From NCBI GenBank assembly GCA_037481775.1, contig JBBFKZ010000008.1:1-64000 (forward strand): a stretch of DNA of 64,000 nucleotides. The letters are read 5' to 3'. The DNA comes from Candidatus Bathyarchaeia archaeon. Lineage in GTDB: Archaea; Thermoproteota; Bathyarchaeia; Bathyarchaeales; Bathycorpusculaceae. Positions within the stretch are counted from its first letter, which is position 1. Each line of letters begins with the position of its first letter. The translations under genes and the position numbers were made by a program. Below, piece after piece: positions 1-9,841 of the stretch. The notes beneath the pieces were generated by a model. It made no database searches, was not told the DNA's origin, and saw only the letters and a program-made list of their open reading frames with translations.

Positions 1-309
1 CAAGTGCGCCTCCGCCTTTCTGAACCAACCTCTGCTAAGGACCACATCGCTATCAACAAACATGAACCATTCTGTTTCCACGTGGCTTATGCCCTTCTGC
101 CTTGCGGTTGCACGGTTTCCCTTGTCTTGAAGCAGTAAAACGTTTCCATGTTTCCTCTGAAACTCCTCTACGATATTTAATGTTTTATCAGTTGAGTATC
201 CATCAACAATGATGAGGCGGTTGACTGGAACATTGCTGTACACAGAGCATAGGCATTCTCTAAGCATTCTTTCACTATTTTTTGTAATTACAATAACATC
301 AATGGGCAT
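1..309 (-). CDS. Family 2 glycosyltransferase, 5' part (runs off the window edge)
   Basis: Translated by hand from ATG at 309: MPIDVIVITKNSERMLRECLCSVYSNVPVNRLIIVDGYSTDKT...WFMFVDSDVVL. It has the GT-A fold N-terminal motifs (IVDGxSTD, DxD). Confidence 0.85.
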   Translation of the reverse strand, partial: MPIDVIVITKNSERMLRECLCSVYSNVPVNRLIIVDGYSTDKTLNIVEEFQRKHGNVLLLQDKGNRATARQKGISHVETEWFMFVDSDVVLSRGWFRKAEAHL

Positions 310-558
310 ATCTCCTATTCACTGCCTATTGCCTAATTAAGATTCATGGCAGAAACGCAGCCAAACTCCGCTTAGACCCGCATATCGCCGATGGAGCTTG
401 CAAAAGCAGAACCATGCGCCTTTAAGCCTTTTTAAAGAAAGGCAACACCTGATCTTTTTAACATCCACATTTAAATTTGCCCAATTTTTCCTTATGACTT
501 ATATAAGCGGATAATAGGTCTATTAAAACAGTCAACAGGTACGCACGGTGCTTAATAG

Positions 559-1596
559 TTGAACATAAGTTTACAAAAAGCTTCTAGAATCGCAATTAGC
601 GCGCTTACGCCAAATAGGCCTCATCACGCGCAGTGGATGATTACGCGTAAATGCAATTATCACTGCAGAGGCTGTAATGTCTGGAAAGAGCAAGATCAAA
701 AAGAATTGACAACTGAGGAAATAAAACGTGGAATGGACATACTGAGAGACCTTGGAATCGTGGAACTCGTGATCTCAGGCGGAGACCCGCTTTTAAGAGA
801 GGACGCCGCCGAAATAATCGATTATGCCTCAAAGCTTTTTGTAACCACTGTGTATGACAACGGCAGCATGGCCGCGAAAAAAATTGAGGCACTGCGTAAC
901 GTGGATTTCGTGGCAATTTCAATAGACAGCCTAGACGAAGCCAAAAACGATTACATAAAAGGTGTGCCAGGCTCATGGAGAAGAGCCATGGAAACCGTGG
1001 AAGCTTTGCACAAAGAGGGAATAAAAGTAAGCGTGACGCCTACAATCTCGCAGCTGAACCTTTACGAGATCTTGGACCTCACAACCTATTTTACTGATAA
1101 AGGCATTCCAGTTTGGTATTGCCTCTACTCTTACGACACTAGTGAAGATAAGAATCAACTTTTCAGAATAGGCAAAGCAAATGACGAGTTCATTATACGG
1201 GATAACCAAGCGATGGTAAAGCTTTGCGACTCTCTCATTGCAATGAAAAAGAAGAATACCCGAATTCTAATGACAGACGAACTGTTGAAAGCGCTTAGAG
1301 CGCTATTTTCAGAGGGCAAAAGAAACTGGAGCTGCCGTGCCCTTCGCAACTTTTTAGTTGTTGATCATCTAGGTCGAATCGCCGGTTGCCACATCCACAA
1401 CTTTGCCGGCTCAGTGTTTGATTTGCCTAAACTGTGGAATAGCGAAAAATTCAACATGCTGCGAGAAATCTACAGTAAATGCACACAGTGCTCTTACTTG
1501 TGCTATATATTCTATTCGATTCATGGCAACCCCTATGGGCATCTAATGTTAGCTAAGGACCAATGGAAAAACGCAAAACTTCTTTTAGAAAAATAG
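559..1596 (+). CDS. Radical SAM protein with C-terminal SPASM/twitch-like Cys cluster
   Basis: CNYHCRGC (CxxxCxxC), SGGDPLL, ISIDS; C-terminal SC...GC...CTQCSYLC. Confidence 0.85.
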   Translation: MNISLQKASRIAISALTPNRPHHAQWMITRKCNYHCRGCNVWKEQDQKELTTEEIKRGMDILRDLGIVELVISGGDPLLREDAAEIIDYASKLFVTTVYDNGSMAAKKIEALRNVDFVAISIDSLDEAKNDYIKGVPGSWRRAMETVEALHKEGIKVSVTPTISQLNLYEILDLTTYFTDKGIPVWYCLYSYDTSEDKNQLFRIGKANDEFIIRDNQAMVKLCDSLIAMKKKNTRILMTDELLKALRALFSEGKRNWSCRALRNFLVVDHLGRIAGCHIHNFAGSVFDLPKLWNSEKFNMLREIYSKCTQCSYLCYIFYSIHGNPYGHLMLAKDQWKNAKLLLEK

Positions 1597-1599
1597 GAG

Positions 1600-1866
1600 T
1601 TACGCGTCTAAATTTGGTAAAGCCTCAAGTATTCTTGCTATGGAATGCCTTAGCGATGCGTCAAATTTTTGCTCTTTTTCGATGTTCTCAATCGGAATAT
1701 TGTACATGAAGCATGATATACCTTCAAGCACGGTTTCCAATATCATACGTGGACCTTTGTCCTTTGGTTTTTTCAGCTCAACGAACGCGGGTAGGAGTGT
1801 AATGAAAATGAAGAGTGGTATTGTCACGCTGAATAAGACAAGCGCCTGAATCAGATTCAGAATCAT
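1600..1866 (-). CDS. Small hypothetical membrane protein
   Basis: ORF 1600..1908; the ATG at 1866 avoids overlap with the upstream GT. One hydrophobic segment followed by ELKKPKDKGPR. Confidence 0.55.
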   Translation of the reverse strand: MILNLIQALVLFSVTIPLFIFITLLPAFVELKKPKDKGPRMILETVLEGISCFMYNIPIENIEKEQKFDASLRHSIARILEALPNLDA

Positions 1867-1889
1867 GACAATCTTTCGAGCACTATTGT

Positions 1890-3173
1890 TTAATGCCCAA
1901 TATAACAATTTCCATTACCAAAATGATGTGTTTTAGCCCAGCAGACTCGATTTTTTCTAAACAGTTTCGCAACAAAAAGATCAAAAAATGCTTTGGCACA
2001 TATTAGCGTATTATATAGGTACACGAAGAGCAACAGAGGAATTAGCCATTGAATCCGCGTTCGGCCATCCAAATAGGCGCCTATTCCAACCTCAAAAAAT
2101 GGTGCAAAATTTCCCACGAAACTGTAAAAAGCCAATGGCACTAAAAGCCAAAATGTATAAACAAGCTGGGAAGGCTCAAATATAATAAGGAGAGCACCTG
2201 CAATAAACGCGAGCATGGTTATAACAGGCATAAAATACACGTGCAAAATAAGTAAACCGTCAATTTTCTCTTTAAAATTTAATTTCTTGCTTTTTAAAAC
2301 GCTAAACGCGTTTTTGAAACAAACCTGCATGTGCCCTAGCGCCCACCTGTGCCTCTGCCGCCAATACGCTTTCCAATTGGTTACAGCCTCTTCGTAGCAT
2401 TCAGCGTCGGCGACGTAGCGAATCTTGAATCCCGCGAGGTAGATTTGAAACGTCAAATCTGCGTCTTCAGCCAGCATAGATTCATCGAAACCGCCCAGTT
2501 CTTTCAGAATGCTTAGTCTGAAGCCGCCGACGGTGCCGCCGAACTGAGGTATAAGTCCTAGAGCGTCACGTGCTTCTTGATCAATCCGGTAGCCGCCAAT
2601 TCGCTCCAATGTAACCAGCCTAGTTACAACACTTTGCGCTTCGTTTAAAACAACGGGGCGACCTTGCACTGCGCCAACGGCGGGGTCGGCGAATTCCTTT
2701 ACCAGTTTTTCAACAATATCCTTCTGTGGATAATAATCTGCATCGAAGCAGAGCACAATTTCTCCTTTTGCATACTCTAAGCCAAAGTTTAAAGCTGCGG
2801 CTTTCCCTTTGCCGCCAGCATTTTTATCTCGATGCAGCACCTTGATGCGCTCGCAACGCTTTGAGTATTCTTCAGCAATTTGCCCAGTTCCGTCAGATGA
2901 CGCATCATCAATGACTATTATTTGAAGTTTATCTCTTGGATAAGTCAACTCCAACATGCGCTGCAGCAGTTGGCTAATAACGTTTTCTTCGTTATGGGCG
3001 GGAATAAGTATTGAAACAGATGGCTCGTACTTTGGGCTGACAGCGGAAGCGGTGTTTCGGGGGTTCTTGATTTTTCTTAAAACTGCCAAGGTGAAAATGT
3101 AATGTCTAACGAGATAAGCGGTTGTCAGCGTAGCGGCAAACAGGAATGTAGCTTTCAAAAAGGTGATAATCAA
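1890..3173 (-). CDS. Membrane-embedded processive family 2 glycosyltransferase (cellulose synthase/IcaA-like)
   Basis: D,D,D,QxxRW signature (IDDASSD, FDADY, AEDADL, QRHRW) with N- and C-terminal TM helices. Start placed at TTG 3173, which overlaps the upstream TGA (TTGA coupling). Confidence 0.85.
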   Translation of the reverse strand: MIITFLKATFLFAATLTTAYLVRHYIFTLAVLRKIKNPRNTASAVSPKYEPSVSILIPAHNEENVISQLLQRMLELTYPRDKLQIIVIDDASSDGTGQIAEEYSKRCERIKVLHRDKNAGGKGKAAALNFGLEYAKGEIVLCFDADYYPQKDIVEKLVKEFADPAVGAVQGRPVVLNEAQSVVTRLVTLERIGGYRIDQEARDALGLIPQFGGTVGGFRLSILKELGGFDESMLAEDADLTFQIYLAGFKIRYVADAECYEEAVTNWKAYWRQRHRWALGHMQVCFKNAFSVLKSKKLNFKEKIDGLLILHVYFMPVITMLAFIAGALLIIFEPSQLVYTFWLLVPLAFYSFVGNFAPFFEVGIGAYLDGRTRIQWLIPLLLFVYLYNTLICAKAFFDLFVAKLFRKNRVCWAKTHHFGNGNCYIGH

Positions 3174-3556
3174 GCTTTCACCGTTTCGTGCGTACTTTTG
3201 GGAGTAAGAAAAGATAGGCTTACTGACCAAAAAGATACAATCCACGTGAAATTGAAAATGGGCTGGAATACTGTGTAGAAGACATTGAATGCTTCTCCGA
3301 AGAAGGCGGCTCCGCTTGTGGCAAAAAGATGGAGAAAGAAGTTCCAACTTGAACCTATGATGTTGCCTACGGCTAGCATAGCTAACTTTATACAGAGTGG
3401 GCTATGCAGTTGGAAAGTGAGGGAGAAAAAAAGTATATTGAAAATCAAGAGTGTAATTGTGGTTTCTATGTTGATGAAGCGGAAAGAAGCAAGCAAACAC
3501 AGCGCAATCATTTCTAAAAATAGCAGTACAACTATCTGATTGCTTGCGAATTTCAT
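3170..3556 (-). CDS. Hypothetical multi-pass membrane protein
   Basis: About 4 hydrophobic segments; ATG at 3556 follows a G-rich RBS-like run; its stop overlaps the GT2 start. Confidence 0.6.
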   Translation of the reverse strand: MKFASNQIVVLLFLEMIALCLLASFRFINIETTITLLIFNILFFSLTFQLHSPLCIKLAMLAVGNIIGSSWNFFLHLFATSGAAFFGEAFNVFYTVFQPIFNFTWIVSFWSVSLSFLTPKSTHETVKA

Positions 3557-3691
3557 TATTCCTTCCCCCTCGCGGTTGCTCACCGCGGCTCTTGCAAATG
3601 TTATTCTTAAAAGTTAATTTTATAGAAACAGATTCAGTTTTAAAATTTGCGGGTCTGCGTCGCTATTGAAGTAAAAATTTGCCAGAGAACG

Positions 3692-4306
3692 CTATTGAGC
3701 TTCACTCTTTAGAATGATGTTATCCATCACCATGCATAGAACTTGGAAAACGTCGCTTGCATCCAGGTTGTCAGTGTCCAAAATCAGGTGGAATGGCTCG
3801 AAATCTTCGCCTAACCTAAAACCGTAAAGTTTCTTGTATATTGCTTTGGTTCTAGCTTCTTTTTCCCTCAGCACTTGCAGAGCATTCTCCACGGACATTC
3901 CATCTCTTTTGGCGATTCGCCGTGCCCGTTTTTCTTCAGAGGCAGCCAACCATATTTTGAAGCCTGTTTTAAGCAGCCACGGCATTGCCCAACTGTCTAA
4001 AATGACGTTGCCTTGGTGCGCGTACTGCAAGAGTTTATCGTCCACCGTCTTGTCAAACTGCGGGTTGCTTTCTCGTTTCTTTAAAAAGCTGAGGCCCTCT
4101 GGGCTCTCCCACCATCCGCGGGTGAAGGGGTTGTATCCTTCTTCTTTTGCGAGCTCTTTCAAGGCGTCTCCGCCTGAATAATACCTTAGCTGATATTTCT
4201 GTGCGAGTTTTTTGGCTAAAGTGCTTTTTCCAGTTCCAGCCATGCCTGATATGCATACCACGATTTTTTTCTCGGCAGTGGATGTCATTTTTTCGTTTCT
4301 GCTCAT
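3692..4306 (-). CDS. cmk: Cytidylate kinase (archaeal type)
   Basis: ISGMAGTGKSTLAK P-loop, YSGGD, RIAKRDG, YKKLYG; sits next to DUF106 as in archaeal spc operon tails. Confidence 0.85.
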   Translation of the reverse strand: MSRNEKMTSTAEKKIVVCISGMAGTGKSTLAKKLAQKYQLRYYSGGDALKELAKEEGYNPFTRGWWESPEGLSFLKKRESNPQFDKTVDDKLLQYAHQGNVILDSWAMPWLLKTGFKIWLAASEEKRARRIAKRDGMSVENALQVLREKEARTKAIYKKLYGFRLGEDFEPFHLILDTDNLDASDVFQVLCMVMDNIILKSEAQ

Positions 4307-4330
4307 AGCGTCAGCTCAACCGTATCGCGC

Positions 4331-4807
4331 TTATTCTATGGGTGTTATGCCTATTACGCGGGAGGCAAGAGTGCCGAAGAAGAATGAGCAGAGCATATAC
4401 CAGATGAGCACAGGAATCCCGCCGAATCCGGGCACATATGCAACGGCGTTTCCGCCATAAACGGGAATTAGGAAAAACCACCATATTACTACGTAACTAA
4501 AGGAGATTGGGAGAAGAATTGTCTGCGGCTTCATCATTTTGGCCTGCATGTTTCTTATTTGGGATTCTTTCTTTTTCAGTTTTTCAATCTGTTTTGTGTC
4601 GTTGGCGCGCATAGCCTGCAGTAGCTGCGATTGATACTCCGCTGTTTCCTTCCGCATCATCTTGTACTCTTCCCAGCCGCACATGCGATTTATCAACAAG
4701 CGCTGAAGTATCATGTTAAGAAAGGAAACAGCAAATGCAATAAGCATAACAATAATTGTAGCTAACGGAATTTCCGTGATGAGCATAATCATTTTTTCTC
4801 CTTGCAC
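4331..4807 (-). CDS. EMC3/TMCO1 (DUF106, Oxa1/YidC superfamily) membrane protein
   Basis: TM - coiled coil - TM - WYMLCS motif; between secY and cmk. Confidence 0.8.
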   Translation of the reverse strand: MQGEKMIMLITEIPLATIIVMLIAFAVSFLNMILQRLLINRMCGWEEYKMMRKETAEYQSQLLQAMRANDTKQIEKLKKKESQIRNMQAKMMKPQTILLPISFSYVVIWWFFLIPVYGGNAVAYVPGFGGIPVLIWYMLCSFFFGTLASRVIGITPIE

Positions 4808-5306
4808 TGAAACAAATTCTCTTAGCCTATTTTCCTTTTCTCGTTAATAACCATTTTTGCTGCTAAAAACTGATTATCCGCTTTTTAGCGCTAACACGCA
4901 TATGGCTTCCCTTTGCACAATTGCAAATCAAGCTTTAACGCCAACTTCACATTGTCAAAATCAGGAGTATACCGCAAAACAGGGATACACCATTTCTTCA
5001 ATCAAAGGCAGGGTAGGCACTGCAGCGGAGAGTTTACAGAGGCTCTGAACAAGCCAAATAAAGGAGAAAAGGAAAAACGCAGTTGCCATAAAAGCAAAAC
5101 TAGCTGTTTTCCAGTTCAAAGCCTTCTCAGCCCCTCCGCTGCACCTAACAAAGCCCAATGTGTGCGACCAAGGTTTGCTGGGACTCTGGGCGCCAAATGA
5201 AAGGAGAGATATAGAAGAAGAGAAAAATGGCAATCTGCTGCTGCAGATAAACCGTAACCCAAAGCCCATTCAGCCCCAATTTTGCCATCAACACCAAAGT
5301 TCACGA

Positions 5307-5321
5307 AAAAAGAGGGAAAAA
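5307..5321 (-). terminator. Putative archaeal oligo-T terminator after the beta-propeller gene
   Basis: TTTTTCCCTCTTTTT on the minus strand about 25 nt after the stop codon. Confidence 0.45.
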
Positions 5322-5345
5322 GAGTTTTGCTTCGCATCAGCACGT

Positions 5346-7835
5346 TCACCGTTTCCTCAGTATCAAAAGTCCAACAATAGCAATAGCGACGATTATGGCG
5401 ATTGTTGAAATAGCAAAGTAGGTTTCAACAGGCGCTTCAGGAGCAGGTGTAGCCTCTACCGTAGCAGCAGGCGCTTCGCCAACGATTATAGAAGTTTCAG
5501 CAGAAGAGCCGTAGTAAGCCTTGGAACCAGCGAAACGGGCGATCACCGTGTACTTGCCTGGAACCGGTGGCGTGAAGGTGGCGCTGTAGAAGCCGTTTGC
5601 ATCACTTGTTGTTCGGGCTACTTCGTAGGAGTTGCCGTTTGGATCAAGCACCTCTATGATGACTTCTACACCCTTTGCGTCGGCTGGCTTTTCAAACTGC
5701 TTGTACACGTAAAGCATCCAGTCGCTCATTGACTCGTCAGCAACAGCGGGAACACCATTCGGGAATCGTAATTTTATGGCTGTGTCCTGTGTGCCTGGAG
5801 AAATATCTGTCACTGTTCCTTGCACTAGGATAGCTTTGCCAAGTTCTACTTCTGTGGCAGGTGCAGTAACTGTTATGGCTGTGGGACCTTTGCCGATGGC
5901 GTAGATGCGCTGGTCATACGTGTCCATGGTGGCGATGATGCTGTCGCCGATAACGGAGTTTCCACCCCATCGGGTGCCGCGGAACATGCCGTTAACACGC
6001 CAGATTTCTTCGCCTGTTTCAGCATTTAGGCATATGTAGGGTCCGCCGCGCGGTAAGGGTTGCTCAGCAGAGTGCTCCACAGTGGTTACGTAGACTTTTC
6101 CGTCGCTGATTAGTGTTATCCAGCCCCACCAGTTGTTGCCAGTAACAGGCTCGTTGTACTCATCGCTCATTGTATATGTCCAGAGGGTTTCGCCTGTTTT
6201 AAGATCGTAGCAGTAGACTATGCCTGCGACGCCGACTGAGTATAGTTTGCCGTAGGCGAAGTACCATGTGTGCTCAGCGTTTCCCCAGCCGTAGGAGTCA
6301 AGCCAATGCTCAGAGTCGGTTTCCCATAGAAATTCGCCCGTTTCAACACTGAAGCCATAGTGCTTACGCAGCTCTTTGGACCAAACAGCGATGACGCCGC
6401 CTTCAACTTCGTTAGAAGCGCCAACGTAATGTATTGTGTTCGAGCCTTCAAGCCACTCTGCAGGAGCGGCCCATGTTTTATCGAACAGCAGCGAAGTCGA
6501 CGTGGAAGTCTTGGTTAAGCCTTTAGTGTTCAAAGCCCAGACCCGAACTTGTGTTTGGTTGAAAAATACTGAGACTACCCTGTCAGAGTAAACCTTCAGT
6601 ATCGGCGTAAAGAACGACGTTGATGCTGTCAAGCCAGCAGGTATTGATACGTTCCATGAGTAGGCGTGCGGAACACTTGCATTAAATGTGCGGCCAGAGA
6701 CAAATCTGCCCCAGCTGCCGAAATCGCCAGCGCTTGTCAATTGCGATTGGCCGGCTGCAGTTGAGTTCCAAAGAGCCATCCAATTGTTTTGGTAGTCGAT
6801 TTGGTAAATGAGGATTTCACCGTAGGGGCCGAAGACGCGGGTTCCTGATGGCACGTTTGTGAATGTGAAAACCCATTCGCCATTAAATGGATCCAGCGCA
6901 GTGTATGTGCTGCCGCTAACTGACCAAAGATAGGTGTAGACGCCGTCGTAGTTGAAGCTGTCAAAGTAGAAAATTTGTCCGAATGAGAGGGTGGTTGCGT
7001 TTCTGAACCAGAGTTCCTCTCCAGTGTGCAAATCAACAGCTACTATGCCTGTCTGCGGGGTCTGCGCGTCACCAATGTTGTAGTAGAGAATGCCGTTCAA
7101 TATCACTGAGTTCTGCCATTTACCCTCGTATGCGTCTCCTGTTTCAGATCCAGCGGGAATCTGCGCGGTGCCCCAGTAGTCGCCAGTTAGGCCTCCAGTG
7201 GTTAACTGCTTCGCCCAAAGCACGTGAGCGGTTTCAGGCGCATCGTTATCATCTGCAAGCGAGTTATCCGGACGCGTCATCCAATTCCCTGCTATTGAAG
7301 CCCATTCTCTTAGTTGCGAGTCTATAGGCCGCGACCAGTATTCCGTCGGCAGAGGATGACCAGGATAAGTTGGTAGTGATTCTTCTTGTACGATGAGTTC
7401 TGTTTCGCTGGTGCTTGCTTTCATTATGGTTCCTGCAAGAAACATGGCGCCTCTTTCGTAGTCATAGTAAGTATAGGGGTTTTCTTGTTCAGGGAAGTTT
7501 ACCGTCAACTTGTATGTGCCAGTCTGCTCGGGAACATAGACTATTATGGTTCCGCCTGTTGAGTCTGTCTTATATGGGCCGCGCGTTTCCGTGGTGCCAT
7601 CAGGTTTAACAATTGTAACGGTAAGCCCTTCCCAGCCATACTGAACGCTGCCCAACTGCTGTGTGATTCCGAAGCGAATTAGAACTTGCTCCCCGACACC
7701 TACCGGGTTCGGAGTTGCATCAATGAAAGCATAAGTTTTCTGCGTCAACTGCGCGTTAGCGCTAGGAACAGCAAGTAAAGAGACAGCGAAAATTGAGTTA
7801 TAAGCAAAGCGATTGCAGTCTTTGGCTTCTTCCAA
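5346..7835 (-). CDS. Secreted PQQ-binding-like beta-propeller surface protein with C-terminal membrane anchor; 5' end probably frameshifted (true ATG at 7873)
   Basis: PNPVGVGE N-terminal motif, repeated A(V/L)DxxTGExxW propeller blades, Ig-like C-terminal domain, TM anchor ending RKR. Confidence 0.8.
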   Translation of the reverse strand: MEEAKDCNRFAYNSIFAVSLLAVPSANAQLTQKTYAFIDATPNPVGVGEQVLIRFGITQQLGSVQYGWEGLTVTIVKPDGTTETRGPYKTDSTGGTIIVYVPEQTGTYKLTVNFPEQENPYTYYDYERGAMFLAGTIMKASTSETELIVQEESLPTYPGHPLPTEYWSRPIDSQLREWASIAGNWMTRPDNSLADDNDAPETAHVLWAKQLTTGGLTGDYWGTAQIPAGSETGDAYEGKWQNSVILNGILYYNIGDAQTPQTGIVAVDLHTGEELWFRNATTLSFGQIFYFDSFNYDGVYTYLWSVSGSTYTALDPFNGEWVFTFTNVPSGTRVFGPYGEILIYQIDYQNNWMALWNSTAAGQSQLTSAGDFGSWGRFVSGRTFNASVPHAYSWNVSIPAGLTASTSFFTPILKVYSDRVVSVFFNQTQVRVWALNTKGLTKTSTSTSLLFDKTWAAPAEWLEGSNTIHYVGASNEVEGGVIAVWSKELRKHYGFSVETGEFLWETDSEHWLDSYGWGNAEHTWYFAYGKLYSVGVAGIVYCYDLKTGETLWTYTMSDEYNEPVTGNNWWGWITLISDGKVYVTTVEHSAEQPLPRGGPYICLNAETGEEIWRVNGMFRGTRWGGNSVIGDSIIATMDTYDQRIYAIGKGPTAITVTAPATEVELGKAILVQGTVTDISPGTQDTAIKLRFPNGVPAVADESMSDWMLYVYKQFEKPADAKGVEVIIEVLDPNGNSYEVARTTSDANGFYSATFTPPVPGKYTVIARFAGSKAYYGSSAETSIIVGEAPAATVEATPAPEAPVETYFAISTIAIIVAIAIVGLLILRKR

Positions 7836-7942
7836 CCTCCATCTGCAAGGAATGTATCTATAGGAATGTTCATGCCCTCTTTATTCTCCTTTTATTTTTT
7901 GCGAGAGCAACGTCTCTTGCTCTTGCATTATGTAGGTTTTTC

Positions 7943-7975
7943 AGAATTATACCCAAATTATACCAGAATTAATAC
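7943..7975. repeat. Three tandem imperfect 11-bp direct repeats upstream of the beta-propeller gene
   Basis: AGAATTATACC / CAAATTATACC / AGAATTAATAC. Confidence 0.5.
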
Positions 7976-8434
7976 TCCCAAAAGCATCTACTTGCGCCGC
8001 ATAAACTTGCAAAAGCAACTTGCGCGTAAAGGGCTGCGCGAAAAGTTAGGGCGCTGACGGTTTAACCCTCTATGTTGGGTAAAAATGCGATAACTTCAGC
8101 GAGCTGGGCAACTATCTTGTAATCAAACGTTTGGTCTGGCTCTATGTTTGCGAGTGGTAGTTCCATACCAGAATTCATTAGTAGCTTCTTTTATAGCAGT
8201 TCCTATGGCTCGGGCTTCGAACTTCGAAGTAGTGAGACCTTTCCTTTAGAAATCTTTGACATTTAAAATTAATTTTTAATTATCTGATCGTGCAAAAATT
8301 GCCGTTTTCGCGTATATGGACGCCGCAAACACGTGAAAGCGAACATTTTTCATGGTAATCTTTGAACTTTCAACCTTACAGCTATCAAGCATAAGTAATG
8401 ACTCTACCCGAAAGTACGGTGCGGGTTCTTTCGT

Positions 8435-9832
8435 TTATTCGCCCAAGATTCTTCTGAACGCCGGGAACATTTCCGCTGCTCTTTCTCGCATTAGCAGTTC
8501 ATAGTACTGATATATTATGCCCACTGCCAGCAAGATTCCTGTTCCTGAGCCGAACACGCCTAGGAAATCGGAAATTCCAGCTACGAGGCCTACAACTATT
8601 CCGCCCAGAATTGTAACCACTGGTATATAGCGTCTAAGGATGGATTCAATGGGTTTTTCTGACCGCCTATATCCTGGAATCTGCATGCCGGAGTCAACAA
8701 GTTGCTGCGCCACTCTAGATGGGCCGAGGCCGCCGACTTCCAGCCAGATAAGCGAGAAAACCGCGCAGAACGTCACAAGTATAGCCAGGTAAATAGCCGC
8801 GCGGATAGGGTCTGCTGCGACGGCCTGCACACTTTGGGGGGCAGTTACAAAGTATGCCAAGCCGCTTATGGGCTGATTGCTGGTGGCGTTATATTGGCCT
8901 AAAATGTCAATTAGAATGTTTTGTCCAGGTTCTGGGCGCCCCTGCGTGCTCCAGATAAGCTGGGAGAAGAAGTAGACGTTGGCGAAAAGAGCTGATGCAA
9001 AGATGACTGGGAGGTTAGAGACATACAACAGCTTTATCGGGTAGCGGCTGCGGAAGCCCTTGTAGCCCGCATAAGTCAGCGGCAACTCAACTCTAACGCC
9101 TTCCAAGTAAATTATCACAAGGAACGTTCCGATGGTGGCTATGAAGCCAATTAGAGAGGGGTAAGCGCCAGCGCCGACCACCCAATCCACTAGTGTCTGG
9201 TTACCTCGCAGAAGCATGTCAAGCGAACCCACGAACAATCCTGTTCCAGGGTTAAATGTTTGCCAGAGAATGTTCTGTGCAACTCCCGCCATAATGAAGA
9301 GGCTGATTCCGCTGCCGAGACCCCAGCCCTTCTGCACAAGCTCATCCAGCAACATCACGATTATTCCCGCGCCTAAAAGTTGCAGAAAAATCACTATGGT
9401 TGTTGGGCCCTCCAGCGCGCCGTACATGCCGCTGATTATGTATGCTGAAGCCTGAATTCCCGTGAGAAGAATTGAAAAGAACTTGCTTGCCACCGTGAAT
9501 AATCCTCTATCTTCAGGGTTCGACATGTCACATTGAATAATTGCGGAGCCAACTAGTAGCTGAAGTATTAAGCCCGCGGTGACTATGGGGCCTATGCCAA
9601 GCTCCATCAGGGTTCCGCGGTTTGAAGCGAAAATTACTCTTAAGGGAGCAAATTGCTCTTTAACACCAGCGGGAATGCCGTAAAGAGAAATCTCAGACAT
9701 AATCAAATAAATAATGAGGACCAGAGCAGTCCAGAAAATTTTCTCGTTAAAGCTGACTTTGCGGCCAGGAGCCTTTATCTCAGGCATCACTCTTCCAAGT
9801 GGTTTAAAGAGGCTTAGGAATCTTCCCGCCAT
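8435..9832 (-). CDS. secY: Preprotein translocase subunit SecY
   Basis: GTLMELGIGPIVTAGLILQLL, KGWGLGSGISLFI, YPIKLLYVSNLPVI, GSGTGILLAVGI. Confidence 0.97.
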   Translation of the reverse strand: MAGRFLSLFKPLGRVMPEIKAPGRKVSFNEKIFWTALVLIIYLIMSEISLYGIPAGVKEQFAPLRVIFASNRGTLMELGIGPIVTAGLILQLLVGSAIIQCDMSNPEDRGLFTVASKFFSILLTGIQASAYIISGMYGALEGPTTIVIFLQLLGAGIIVMLLDELVQKGWGLGSGISLFIMAGVAQNILWQTFNPGTGLFVGSLDMLLRGNQTLVDWVVGAGAYPSLIGFIATIGTFLVIIYLEGVRVELPLTYAGYKGFRSRYPIKLLYVSNLPVIFASALFANVYFFSQLIWSTQGRPEPGQNILIDILGQYNATSNQPISGLAYFVTAPQSVQAVAADPIRAAIYLAILVTFCAVFSLIWLEVGGLGPSRVAQQLVDSGMQIPGYRRSEKPIESILRRYIPVVTILGGIVVGLVAGISDFLGVFGSGTGILLAVGIIYQYYELLMRERAAEMFPAFRRILGE

Positions 9833-9841
9833 CGGTTAATG

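Noticed and set aside
4857-5345. Several overlapping short ORFs (for example 4961..5269 minus, hydrophobic)
   Set aside because: No recognisable motifs and mutually overlapping frames; could be a decayed membrane gene but cannot be supported.
8058-8434. Intergenic stretch downstream of secY checked for an adk remnant or ncRNA
   Set aside because: No P-loop-like translation and no convincing structured RNA seen.
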